NCBI GenBank assembly: GCA_029945725.1
Contig: JAQSDB010000008.1
Coordinates: 446,710 to 510,709, forward strand
Source of the DNA: a bacterium
GTDB taxonomy: Bacteria > Pseudomonadota > Gammaproteobacteria > Pseudomonadales > Moraxellaceae
Reading direction: 5' to 3'
DNA length: 64,000 bases
Shown: positions 38,943 through 48,530 of the stretch, piece after piece
How the letters are laid out: every line of letters starts with the position of its first letter
Numbering within the stretch: position 1 is the first letter of the stretch
Position numbers and translations under genes: made by a program
The notes under the pieces: generated by a model
Told to the model about the DNA's origin: nothing
The model's database searches: none
The model's input: only the letters and a program-made list of their open reading frames with translations

Positions 38943-40598
38943 TCAGCCGCCGGAGGTCTCGGCATCCTCAAGCATCATCGCGGCGCCCTTCTCGCCGATC
39001 ATGGTCGCCGGCTGATTGGTGTTACCGCCGACCAGCGTTGGCATGATGGAGGCATCAATCACCCGCAGACATTGCAGTCCATGCACGCGCAGACGCGAAT
39101 CGACCACCGCCATCGGATCCACACCCATCTTGCAGGTGCCGACAGGGTGATATGCCGACTCACCGCTGCGCCGCACCCATGCGGCGAGGTCGTCGTCATT
39201 CTGCAGCGCCGGCCCGGGCGACATCTCGACCTCGTGGTGCGGGGCGAAGGCCGTCTGCGCCAGGATCCTGCGCGCCAGATGAACCCCGCGAACCAGTTGC
39301 TCGACGTCGGCGGGCTCAGCCATGTAATTGGGGTCGATCAGCGGCGCCGCGAACGGGTCGGCACTGTGCAAACCAATCCGGCCGCGCGACAATGGCCTGA
39401 GCCCGTAGATCATGACTATGTAGCCATAACCACTCATTGCGGTCCTCAAGTCCCGCCCGTGATCGGCGTACAACATTGGCCCGAAGTGCAGTTGCAGGTC
39501 GGGTATCGGCTCCTCCGGCCGGGAACGGATGAACCCGCCGGCCTCGGCGCCGTTGCTCGACAGCACTCCGCGTCTACTACTCAGGTATTGCAGCAGGGCC
39601 CGCAGGCCCTTGAGCCAGTAGCTCGGGTGCATCGAGATGCTCTGACGGCTGCGCGCCCTGACGCGCATGAACACGTCGATATGATCCTGGAGGTTCTGCC
39701 CAACCCCCTCCAGCGCATGACGCAATTCGATGCCGTGCCGGGACAACTCCTCACGCGGACCGATGCCGGATAGCATCAGCAGTTGCGGCGAGTTGAACGC
39801 CCCGCCGCAGAGCACAACCTCGCGCCCGGCACGGACCTGCACCAGCCCGGTCGCGCTGCGGTACTCGACACCGGTGGCGCGAGTGCCATCGAGCAACACA
39901 CGGGTAACGTGCGCGCCACTGCGGACAGTCAGATTGGAACGCCCTGCTGCGGGTTCGAGATAGGCGCGCGCATTGCTGCAGCGCGCGCCGTCCTTCTGGT
40001 AGGCATAGTAGAAACCCACGCCTTCCTGCTCACTGCCGTTGAAATCCGTATTGCGCCGGTACCCCGCCTGTGTCGCCGCCTCGACGAACACCTCGCTCAG
40101 CGAATTGGTATAGCGGCGCTCGGCAACATTGAGCGGACCATCCTGGCCATGAAATACTGCCTCGGCCGAGGTCAACTTCGGCTCGAAATGTTCGGACCTG
40201 CGAAAATACGGCAGCACCTCGGCGTACGACCACCCGTCGCAACCCAGCCGCGCCCACTCGTCGTAGTCCCAGGCATGCCCGCGGATATAGACCTGCGCGT
40301 TCATGCCGCTGGAACCGCCGAGCATCTTGCCCCGCGGCTGGAACAGCGCGCGGTCGTACATGTTACGCTGTGGTTCGGTATTGAACTGCCAGTTGTAGCG
40401 GCGGCTGAACATCAATTGCAGGAAACCCAGCGGCATGTTCACGAAAGGATTGCGGCGGCTCTCAGGACCGGCTTCGAGCAGCAGTACCGAATAGCGGCCG
40501 CTCTCGGACAGGCGGTTGGCGACGGCACATCCGGCCGAGCCCGCGCCGACCACTACATAATCGAATTGTTCAGACGCCATCTTGGTCAGCCGGTTCAT
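38943..40598 (-). CDS. GMC-family oxidoreductase (AlkJ-like alcohol dehydrogenase)
   Basis: N-terminal [18 protein letters not shown] and GMC signatures. Its ATG shares 1 nt with the P450 stop. Confidence 0.9.
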   Translation of the reverse strand: MNRLTKMASEQFDYVVVGAGSAGCAVANRLSESGRYSVLLLEAGPESRRNPFVNMPLGFLQLMFSRRYNWQFNTEPQRNMYDRALFQPRGKMLGGSSGMNAQVYIRGHAWDYDEWARLGCDGWSYAEVLPYFRRSEHFEPKLTSAEAVFHGQDGPLNVAERRYTNSLSEVFVEAATQAGYRRNTDFNGSEQEGVGFYYAYQKDGARCSNARAYLEPAAGRSNLTVRSGAHVTRVLLDGTRATGVEYRSATGLVQVRAGREVVLCGGAFNSPQLLMLSGIGPREELSRHGIELRHALEGVGQNLQDHIDVFMRVRARSRQSISMHPSYWLKGLRALLQYLSSRRGVLSSNGAEAGGFIRSRPEEPIPDLQLHFGPMLYADHGRDLRTAMSGYGYIVMIYGLRPLSRGRIGLHSADPFAAPLIDPNYMAEPADVEQLVRGVHLARRILAQTAFAPHHEVEMSPGPALQNDDDLAAWVRRSGESAYHPVGTCKMGVDPMAVVDSRLRVHGLQCLRVIDASIMPTLVGGNTNQPATMIGEKGAAMMLEDAETSGG

Positions 40599-42022
40599 TA
40601 ACTCTTAGGCGTCAGTTTAACCATCAGCTTAGAATAGCCCCGCACGAAGTTGGACTGCACACGCTCCGGCTCACCAACAACTTCGATGTTATCAAAACGC
40701 TTGAGCAGTTCTTCCCAGAGAATGCGCAGTTGCAATTCGGCCAGACGGTTGCCCATGCAACGGTGAACGCCGTAACCAAACGACATATGATTTCGTGCGT
40801 CCTGGCGATCGATAATGAACTGATCGGGGTTTTCAAATTTGCGTTCGTCCCGATTGCCCGAGGCGTACCACATCACCACACGATCACCCTTCTTGATAGT
40901 CTGACCACGCAGCTCCACGTCCCGCGTAGCGACCCGGCGCATTTTCGCCAGCGGGGTTTGCCAGCGGATGATTTCCGAGACCATATTCGGAATCAGCTCC
41001 GGGTTCGCCTTGAGTTTGGCGAACTCTTCAGGGAACTGGTTCAGAGCCAGTACACCGCCGCTCATGGAGTTGCGAGTGGTGTCATTGCCGCCAACGATAA
41101 GCAGCGCCAGATTCCCGATAAACTCCATCGGACGATTGATCAAGTCCTTTGTATCTTCGTTGCTCTGCAACATACTGATCAAATCGAATCCGGGCTCTTC
41201 ACCGGCTGCACGACGTGCTTCCTTGTCGCGCCATAGATTGGAGAAAGCCCTCGCCATGTCTGCGGCGTCGTCGAACATGCTGTCTTCATCGGTAAACTCG
41301 CCGCCGGTCGCTGATACTGCGCCGGACAATCGATCCGACCAGTCAACCAGCTTGTGACGTTCCTCGTAAGGGAAATCCAGCAGCGAGGCCAACATGCGCC
41401 CCGTCAGTTCCTTCGACACGGCCGGCACCCAGTCAAAGAGTACGCCCAGAGGCAGGCTGTCGAGCACGTCCCCGGCGCGCTCGCGGATCAGGCCCTCCAT
41501 TTCCTTCAGATTCTTGGGTGCCACTACACGCTGAACCGCCTGGCGCTGCACGTCATGCTTGGGCGGATCCATGGCGATGAACATTTCCACCGAAAGTCCT
41601 TCCGGGGGGTCACCCAAAATGATTTGCGGCTCGGACGAAAACAATTCGTGACTCTTGTCCACGAACAGAATGTCTTCATAGCGCGTTATCGACCAGAACG
41701 GCCCGAATGGACTTTTCTTCTGGTAGTGCACCGGCGCCTCATCACGCAGCCGCTTGAAATAGGCGCGCCACTGGTCTTGACGGTACAAAAATGGGTTGCT
41801 GACGTCGATGTCCTCAAGCGCCAGCGTGTTGACATCGGGAATGGGCGTTTCGACAAATTTGATCTGTGGACTCCGCCTGCCGATGATCTTCTTTTTTGCC
41901 TTCACCACCATCTTCAGTGCCTGGATTTGCAAGTGCATTGGCACCACTTTGGATGTGGCATTGATCACCTTAGTCTGGATGGCATCAATTGCGCTTGATT
42001 TCGTTGACATGGTGTTCTCCAA
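40598..42022 (-). CDS. cytochrome P450, CYP153-family alkane hydroxylase
   Basis: Heme loop FGYGVHRCMGNRLAE. From memory, the overall sequence is very close to Alcanivorax CYP153A proteins (VVPMHLQI..., LLIVGGNDTTRNS). Confidence 0.95.
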   Translation of the reverse strand: MENTMSTKSSAIDAIQTKVINATSKVVPMHLQIQALKMVVKAKKKIIGRRSPQIKFVETPIPDVNTLALEDIDVSNPFLYRQDQWRAYFKRLRDEAPVHYQKKSPFGPFWSITRYEDILFVDKSHELFSSEPQIILGDPPEGLSVEMFIAMDPPKHDVQRQAVQRVVAPKNLKEMEGLIRERAGDVLDSLPLGVLFDWVPAVSKELTGRMLASLLDFPYEERHKLVDWSDRLSGAVSATGGEFTDEDSMFDDAADMARAFSNLWRDKEARRAAGEEPGFDLISMLQSNEDTKDLINRPMEFIGNLALLIVGGNDTTRNSMSGGVLALNQFPEEFAKLKANPELIPNMVSEIIRWQTPLAKMRRVATRDVELRGQTIKKGDRVVMWYASGNRDERKFENPDQFIIDRQDARNHMSFGYGVHRCMGNRLAELQLRILWEELLKRFDNIEVVGEPERVQSNFVRGYSKLMVKLTPKS

Positions 42023-42025
42023 TAC

Positions 42026-42346
42026 TTACATCTGAAATTCGGGTACATGAACGGTGAGGCCGTCCATTGCATCTGTGGTCTTGACCTGGCAGCCCAGTCG
42101 CGAGGTTTTCGCCCGCTCCGGGGTCATGGACAGCATCTGCTCTTCAGCGTTGCCGATCGATCCGGTCTTGCCGAACCACTCATCCGCAATGATCATGTGG
42201 CAGGTGCCGCAGGCGCACTCCCCGCCACAATCCCCGTCGACGCCTGGGATGGCGTTATCGGCGGCAATCTGCATCAGCGTGGCGCCAGCCTCAAACTCTG
42301 TGACATGTTCAGTGTTGTCATGCTCAATAAACGTGATCTTGCCCAA
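42026..42346 (-). CDS. [2Fe-2S] ferredoxin (putidaredoxin/adrenodoxin type)
   Basis: CGGECACGTCH cluster motif plus a distal Cys. 106 aa, 3 nt upstream of the P450 gene. Confidence 0.9.
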   Translation of the reverse strand: MGKITFIEHDNTEHVTEFEAGATLMQIAADNAIPGVDGDCGGECACGTCHMIIADEWFGKTGSIGNAEEQMLSMTPERAKTSRLGCQVKTTDAMDGLTVHVPEFQM

Positions 42347-42396
42347 TTTCTCTCTCCTGCGAATAACTTATGCTCGGATAGTGATTCCACGCCGGT

Positions 42397-43536
42397 ATGA
42401 CGGCGAGGTCATTTCTTGACATTCACGGGTCATTTAAAGACAATGTAGCCTCTGTGCAATGGGCCGCGCCGATGAAACAAAAGGCAGAGGGTTGGCAAAA
42501 TCTGGCAGCCGATATTCCGTCGAACTATTCGCGGCTTATCGCCCGCGAGCTGGACATGACGACCAGGCAATTGCCCGTTTTACTGCGTGGCACCGGTCTT
42601 GACGTCGAACAGTTCCTGAGTGAGGACGGCCTGCTCACGCCGGCTCAGCAGGTACGGATCCTGCGTAATGCGCTGTTGATGTCAGGCCAGCCGGCATTCG
42701 GACTAATGCTTGGCAAGCGACTGACCCCGGCAACCCACGGTGCGATGGGCTTTGCCGCCTCCAGCAGCCCGGATCTGCTCAGCGCACTACGGGCGATACA
42801 AACCTTCCTGCCCACCCGCGCCAGCGTTATCCAGTTGCATTTACGGCAGGTTGAAGAGCACCTGGAATGCAGGCTGGATTTCCAGGTACCGCTAGACGCC
42901 GACCTCCAGCGCTGCCTGGCAGACATGATGATTAAGGTACTGCTCGAATTCGGCGAATTCATTGTCGGCCGTCCTTTGTATGAGGCTGAAATATGCTTTA
43001 CCCACCCGGCACCCGAATACCACGCGATCTATTACGAGTATTTGTCCGGGCGGATTCGCTTTGGTTGTAATCAGTTGACGCTCAAACTGCCGATGACGTT
43101 GTGCCAGGAGCCGAACGCCTCCGCCAATCATGAAAACTATCGTCTGGCCCTGCAGCAGTGCGAAGCCATGCTTGCGCAACTTCAAACCCAGAAACCGAGC
43201 TACCAGACCCGGCTCAAGAAGATGATGTTGTCCCGCCCCCCCGGCACGCTCAGTGAAGAAGAAGCTGCGGCCACCCTGTTCATGAACAAACGCACCCTGG
43301 CACGCAAGCTGAAACAGGAGCACAGCAGTTTTCGTCAAATTCGTGAGGACATCCTGTCCCAGCAGGCAGCGAGCTACCTGTGTGACAGCAAACTGTCCGT
43401 CGAGGCCATCGCGGCGTTGATGAACTATCACGACAGCGCCAATTTCAGGCGTGCCTTCAAACGCTGGTTCGGCCATTCGCCCGAGCAGTACAGGCAGTGT
43501 TTCAGTTCACGAGACACCCTGCCACCTAGCCCCTGA
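42397..43536 (+). CDS. AraC-family transcriptional regulator
   Basis: C-terminal AraC HTH (LSVEAIAALMNYHDSANFRRAFKRWFGHSPEQYR). Divergent from the ferredoxin-P450 operon. The true start is uncertain; ATG for MKQKAEGW at 42472 is an alternative. Confidence 0.85.
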   Translation: MTARSFLDIHGSFKDNVASVQWAAPMKQKAEGWQNLAADIPSNYSRLIARELDMTTRQLPVLLRGTGLDVEQFLSEDGLLTPAQQVRILRNALLMSGQPAFGLMLGKRLTPATHGAMGFAASSSPDLLSALRAIQTFLPTRASVIQLHLRQVEEHLECRLDFQVPLDADLQRCLADMMIKVLLEFGEFIVGRPLYEAEICFTHPAPEYHAIYYEYLSGRIRFGCNQLTLKLPMTLCQEPNASANHENYRLALQQCEAMLAQLQTQKPSYQTRLKKMMLSRPPGTLSEEEAAATLFMNKRTLARKLKQEHSSFRQIREDILSQQAASYLCDSKLSVEAIAALMNYHDSANFRRAFKRWFGHSPEQYRQCFSSRDTLPPSP

Positions 43537-43606
43537 GAATGCTCTGAATAACTCCCAGCCTGACCAGTAGAAACGCTTTGCCATCTGACATGCCTTGGAT
43601 TATTAT

Positions 43607-43622
43607 TTGGTTGGTCAACCAA
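43607..43622 (+). promoter_or_regulatory. operator-like palindrome TTGGTTG-GT-CAACCAA
   Basis: Perfect 7-bp arms, 38 nt upstream of ATG 43660. The 16-mer is identical, in gene orientation, to the one at 56992-57007. Confidence 0.6.
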
Positions 43623-43659
43623 TCATTAATTGTTGTGCTCAAACAAAATAGAGGTGGCC

Positions 43660-44625
43660 ATGACATCCAGTTACACCCTGTACACCGGTTCGTCCGGGCA
43701 AAAGGATTGGTCAACTTCGTCAGCGGTGCCGACGCTGTTTGTCGGTGCCAATGATCTGATGCTACAGGCCAGTCAATACGGTGAAATCACGGCCCCTATC
43801 GTGCTGCTGCTTCACGGCGGAGGCCAGACGCGCCATGCCTGGGCCGATACGGCTCGCACTCTCGCCGGAGCGGGATACTGTGCAATCACTTTGGATGCGC
43901 GCGGGCACGGCGAAAGCGATTGGTGTGCGCATGGTGACTACAGCACCGAAAGCTTGGTAGCGGACCTCAATGCTGTGATTCACTCGCTGCCCACGGCGCC
44001 GATCATTGTCGGTGCTTCCATGGGGGGCCTTACCAGCATGCTGGCGCTTGGCGAAAACGCCTCGCTGCCCTGTTCCGCGCTGATATTGGTCGACGTGGCC
44101 CCGCGACTGGAGCAACAAGGCGTGCGCCGTATCATCGAGTTCATGCGCCGCCATCAGGACGGGTTCGACAGCCTTGAACAGGTGCGCGATGCAATCGCCG
44201 CCTACAATCCGCACCGCCCTCCACCGAGCGACCTTTCAGGCTTGCGCAAGAATTTGCGCCAACGGGATGACGGCCGTCTTTACTGGCACTGGGATCCTGC
44301 CTTTCTGGACCACGCACGCCTGCCTACGGAAACCAACAACGGCATGTTCGAACAAGTCAGGCTGGAGCGTGCCGCCCGCAAGCTGTCCATGCCTCTACTA
44401 CTTATTCGCGGATACCAGAGCGACGTGCTCAGCGACCAGGGTGCGCGAGAGCTGCTCGACTTAGCACCCCATGCGCACTATGTCGTGCTAAAGCAGGCTG
44501 GCCATATGGTAGCCGGGGACAGGAACACAATCTTCACAGAGGCAGTGCTGGACTTTCTGCAAGGGTCTAACGCCGCGCTTAGCCGCCATGCCTCATCGAC
44601 ATTCGACCATAGAGCATTGACATGA
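43660..44625 (+). CDS. alpha/beta hydrolase
   Basis: HGGGQTRHAW and GASMGG nucleophile elbow. ATG 43660 follows a GAGGTGG RBS; the track ORF starts at TTG 43630. Confidence 0.85.
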   Translation: MTSSYTLYTGSSGQKDWSTSSAVPTLFVGANDLMLQASQYGEITAPIVLLLHGGGQTRHAWADTARTLAGAGYCAITLDARGHGESDWCAHGDYSTESLVADLNAVIHSLPTAPIIVGASMGGLTSMLALGENASLPCSALILVDVAPRLEQQGVRRIIEFMRRHQDGFDSLEQVRDAIAAYNPHRPPPSDLSGLRKNLRQRDDGRLYWHWDPAFLDHARLPTETNNGMFEQVRLERAARKLSMPLLLIRGYQSDVLSDQGARELLDLAPHAHYVVLKQAGHMVAGDRNTIFTEAVLDFLQGSNAALSRHASSTFDHRALT

Positions 44626-46124
44626 AACATCGCCATCTGGATGTACTGATCATCGGCGCCGGCCTGTCCGGAATTGGTGCAGCCTGCCACTTGCAGAAGA
44701 AGTGCCCGAACGTGCGTTTCGGCATTATCGAGCGGCGCGAAAGAATCGGCGGAACCTGGGACCTGTTTCGCTATCCCGGCATTCGATCAGACTCCGATAT
44801 GTTCACACTCGGCTACAATTTTCGCCCCTGGACGCAAACCAAAATGCTTGCCGACGGCCCGTCAATTCGAACCTATATTGAAGACACCGCACGCGACCAT
44901 GACGTCAAACGATACATTCATTTCGGCTTGAAAGTCATTTCAGAGGAGTGGGACAGCAAGAAGTATCACTGGACTGTCACAGCCCTTAATGAAAAAACAG
45001 GAAAAGAAGAAACCTTCAGTGCCGGCTTCGTCTTCAACTGTACCGGATACTATAAATACGACGCGGGCTATACGCCGGAAATAGCAGGCTTGAGCAGCTT
45101 CAAGGGTGATGTCATCCACCCACAGCAATGGCCCGAGAACTATGACTACAGAGGCAAACGGGTAGTCGTTATCGGCAGTGGAGCTACAGCAGTGACGCTG
45201 GTGCCAGCCATGACAGACAAGGCCGCCCACGTAGTGATGCTGCAACGTTCGCCGACCTACGTCGCAACCGTACCCGATGAGGATCTGATTTCCAGGAGCT
45301 TGCGCCGTTTTCTGCCGGAAATGGTCGTCTACCGAATGGCCCGTGCACGTAACATCATACTTCAACGCGCTGTTTACCGGCTGTCTCTCAGCAATCCGAA
45401 AGCAATACGCAGACTGTTACTGGCCGCAACGCGCAGGCAGCTCGGTCCGAATATTGACATGCGCCACTTCCAGCCAAATTACAACCCTTGGGAGGAGCGG
45501 ATGTGCGCGGTCCCTAAAGGAAATCTCTTCAAGGTTATCCGGGAAGGTAAAGCATCCATAGTCACGGACCATATCGACACGCTTACGGAAACCGGCATTC
45601 AACTAAAGTCCGGCGATCACCTGGACGCGGATGTACTGATCACCGCGACCGGCCTGAACCTTCAGCTTTTTGGTGGTGCTACGCTGCGCGTCGATGGCCG
45701 CGAAGTTAGTGTATCCGACAAATTGCTGTACAAGGGACTGATGCTGGAAGGTGTGCCAAACATGGCGCTGGTATTCGGCTATACCAATTCCTCCTGGACC
45801 CTGAAAGCCGATATTGCCTGCGAATTTGTCTGCCGCTTGCTCAACCATATGCGCGACATTGGCGCCACCCATGTCACCCCCATCGATGAGCAAGGTTGTA
45901 GTACCGATCTCAACTTCCTCAATCTGCGCTCCGGCTATGTTCAACGAGCCAATGACCGCCTCCCGCGTCAGGGAAGCAAGGTGCCCTGGCAGAATCTGGA
46001 TGATTACCTGAGGGATCTTCCTGCCTTGCGTTATGGAAATCTCGAAGATGGTTATCTTAGTTTCGAGGGTAAAAACCTCAGGAAAAAAAAGCAGGGAATA
46101 CTCGGTGCTCTGCTCGGCGCCTGA
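44622..46124 (+). CDS. flavin-containing / Baeyer-Villiger monooxygenase, paralogue 2
   Basis: GAGLSGIG, fingerprint FKGDVIHPQQWP, GSGATAV. ATGA overlap with the previous gene. Confidence 0.9.
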   Translation: MKHRHLDVLIIGAGLSGIGAACHLQKKCPNVRFGIIERRERIGGTWDLFRYPGIRSDSDMFTLGYNFRPWTQTKMLADGPSIRTYIEDTARDHDVKRYIHFGLKVISEEWDSKKYHWTVTALNEKTGKEETFSAGFVFNCTGYYKYDAGYTPEIAGLSSFKGDVIHPQQWPENYDYRGKRVVVIGSGATAVTLVPAMTDKAAHVVMLQRSPTYVATVPDEDLISRSLRRFLPEMVVYRMARARNIILQRAVYRLSLSNPKAIRRLLLAATRRQLGPNIDMRHFQPNYNPWEERMCAVPKGNLFKVIREGKASIVTDHIDTLTETGIQLKSGDHLDADVLITATGLNLQLFGGATLRVDGREVSVSDKLLYKGLMLEGVPNMALVFGYTNSSWTLKADIACEFVCRLLNHMRDIGATHVTPIDEQGCSTDLNFLNLRSGYVQRANDRLPRQGSKVPWQNLDDYLRDLPALRYGNLEDGYLSFEGKNLRKKKQGILGALLGA

Positions 46125-46151
46125 ACGATAGCCTTAACAAGGAGGAGTACC

Positions 46152-47009
46152 ATGAAAAATTTTTCTGGAAAAGTTGCCGCTATCACGGGGGCCGGATCGG
46201 GTATCGGTCAGGCCACCGCGATTGCCCTGGCGGGAAGGGGCTGTCACTTGTCACTTTCCGACGTCAACGACAAAGGATTGGCGCGAACTCTGGACAAGCT
46301 CCGGTCCTATCCAGTGAAGGTAACAGTGCATCATGTTGATGTCGGTGATCGTGCTGCGGTTTATCAGTACGCCGAGGACAGCATCAAAGAGCACGGTAAG
46401 GTGAACCTGATCATCAACAATGCCGGCGTTGGTCTGGGGGAAACGATAGAGGCCATGAGCTATGAAAACTTTGAATGGCTCATGCATATCAACTTCTGGG
46501 GTGTAGTGTATGGCACCAAGGCTTTTCTTCCGCACCTGAAGCAGTCCGGCGACGGTCATGTTGTCAACATCTCCAGCATATTCGGCATCATCGGTGTACC
46601 AACCCAGGCTGCCTACAATGCGTCCAAGTTTGCAGTCAGAGGCTTCACCGAAGCGTTGCGCGAAGAACTTGATATCGAGGGCTGCTGCGTCAGCGCCACC
46701 TGTGTCCATCCCGGCGGAGTCAAAACCAACATTGCCCGTAATAGCCGCATGGGTGAGATGGGAAACATGAGTATTGGTGACCAGGATGAAATTGCCGACC
46801 TGTTTGATCGCATTGCCATGTCTACCCCCGAACAGGCCGCAAAAGCGATCCTCCGGGGGGTACAAAAGAATCAAAGGCGCGTGTTGATTGGCGCTGACGC
46901 GGTGCTGATGGACACCACCCAGCGGCTCATGCCCACTGCATATCAACGGGTTCTGGAAACTCTTTTTCGGATAAACAGAGGTCGCAGCGCAAAAGCGACC
47001 ACCGTCTAA
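46152..47009 (+). CDS. short-chain dehydrogenase/reductase (SDR)
   Basis: TGAGSGIG, NNAG, YNASK. Confidence 0.9.
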   Translation: MKNFSGKVAAITGAGSGIGQATAIALAGRGCHLSLSDVNDKGLARTLDKLRSYPVKVTVHHVDVGDRAAVYQYAEDSIKEHGKVNLIINNAGVGLGETIEAMSYENFEWLMHINFWGVVYGTKAFLPHLKQSGDGHVVNISSIFGIIGVPTQAAYNASKFAVRGFTEALREELDIEGCCVSATCVHPGGVKTNIARNSRMGEMGNMSIGDQDEIADLFDRIAMSTPEQAAKAILRGVQKNQRRVLIGADAVLMDTTQRLMPTAYQRVLETLFRINRGRSAKATTV

Positions 47010-47046
47010 CTATTCATCCCGACTATGAACTTCAAGGAGTATCGCA

Positions 47047-47925
47047 ATGACGACAGTCGCGAAAACAAGCAACAGCCTCAACGGTGCCTCGGTGGGCATC
47101 CCACCGCGTCATATCGATTTTAATTTCCCGCAAAGCATCCCGACGTACTTTTATGCCGGGAATGCCACGGCGACCACTTTCTTCGCCATGCTGTCAGGGT
47201 TTTTCCCGCCGGGCGAGCGTTACTTCATGGATTCGGTACGTCACTTCCGAAGCCATGTCACTGACAAAGCACAGCGTGCTGCCGTCTCCGGATTTATGGG
47301 CCAGGAGGCCATCCACGGGCGCGAACATGATCGTCTGAACGAGCTGCTTGCCGAGCGCGGCTTTGACATGGGTACGCCAGACCGTTTCGTGAAGCTTGGC
47401 CTGAGGGTACTGGAAATGCTTCCTCCGAGCACCAAACTCGCAGCCACCACCTTCATGGAGCACTTTACTGCCCTGTTGGCAGAGCAGCTGCTCGAGGATA
47501 AGGATTTTCAGGGCCTAGCGGACCCTGAAATGATCAAGATATGGCAATGGCATGCGTTGGAAGAGCTAGAACACAAGTCTGTCGCTTATGACGTCTATGA
47601 ACTAGTCGGGAACCGGCACAGTGAACGGGTCGCCGCCGCTGCGGCCTCACTTGTCGTGCTGCTGCCCATGCTGGGTGTCACCTGGGCATGGATGCTGGCA
47701 CGAGATGGCAAGCTCGGAAATATCAGGGACAACGCCAAGGGCCTGAACATGTTATTTGGCCGCAAAGGGTTTGTCTCAAAGATCCTGCCTCGTCTGCCAG
47801 AGTTCACTCAGCGACACTTTCACCCTGGCAATCATGACACCCGTCACCTGGAGCAGGCATGGCGTGAGCGGCTTTTTGCGGAAGGCGGTGAGTTGTTTGA
47901 CGTTTACAAGAACCGGGTAGCCTGA
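47047..47925 (+). CDS. predicted metal-dependent hydrolase (PF10118-like), paralogue 2
   Basis: FFPPGERYFMDSVR ... FMGQEAIHGREHD ... HALEELEHKS. Confidence 0.75.
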   Translation: MTTVAKTSNSLNGASVGIPPRHIDFNFPQSIPTYFYAGNATATTFFAMLSGFFPPGERYFMDSVRHFRSHVTDKAQRAAVSGFMGQEAIHGREHDRLNELLAERGFDMGTPDRFVKLGLRVLEMLPPSTKLAATTFMEHFTALLAEQLLEDKDFQGLADPEMIKIWQWHALEELEHKSVAYDVYELVGNRHSERVAAAAASLVVLLPMLGVTWAWMLARDGKLGNIRDNAKGLNMLFGRKGFVSKILPRLPEFTQRHFHPGNHDTRHLEQAWRERLFAEGGELFDVYKNRVA

Positions 47926-47942
47926 CTTGTAATGCAAACCCC

Positions 47943-47989
47943 GGGCTTTGCCACATTCATCCTGTATATTGATGTTTCTGGCAAAGCCC
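47943..47989. repeat. 11-bp perfect inverted repeat with 25-nt loop
   Basis: GGGCTTTGCCA (47943-47953) and TGGCAAAGCCC (47979-47989). No T-run. Intergenic. Confidence 0.7.
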
Positions 47990-48054
47990 CAGTATCGCCA
48001 GCACTTATATGCTGCTCGAGAGCCATATTACTCTCGGCCATCAAGGAGTAACGC

Positions 48055-48468
48055 ATGACCGAATCGCTGGTTGACTCGCTTATCCAGATGTTTCCCAATG
48101 TCCCTTTTCAGAAGCTGCTTGGCATCGAAATCGTCGATGTAGCCAGCGACCGGGCCGTTGTTTGCCTGCCCTTCCGCGAAGAGCTGGCTGGTGGCGGCAA
48201 CGCCTTCCACGGCGGCGCCATCAGCAGCCTGCTGGATCTGACCGGCGCCTTGGCGGCCTGGTCCGGCCATGATCCGAAAAACGGCATGAAGGCAGCCACC
48301 GTATCCATGACCGTAAATTATCTTGCTGCGGCGCTGGGCAAGGACATCATCGCTACCGCGAATGCGGTAAAACGCGGACGAGAGTTGATTTTCTCGGAGG
48401 TCTCGATCCGGGAGAAAGCTTCAGGCAAGCTGATCGCCAATGGCACAATGATCTATCGCATTGCCTGA
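48055..48468 (+). CDS. PaaI-family (hotdog fold) thioesterase
   Basis: 137 aa with a typical PaaI layout (FQKLLGIEIV ... NAFHGGAISSLLD). Confidence 0.8.
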   Translation: MTESLVDSLIQMFPNVPFQKLLGIEIVDVASDRAVVCLPFREELAGGGNAFHGGAISSLLDLTGALAAWSGHDPKNGMKAATVSMTVNYLAAALGKDIIATANAVKRGRELIFSEVSIREKASGKLIANGTMIYRIA

Positions 48469-48530
48469 CCGGAACGCGGAACAAAGATTATGGCAGATGC
48501 TGGCAGCACACTCGAACTGCCGGCATCGAC

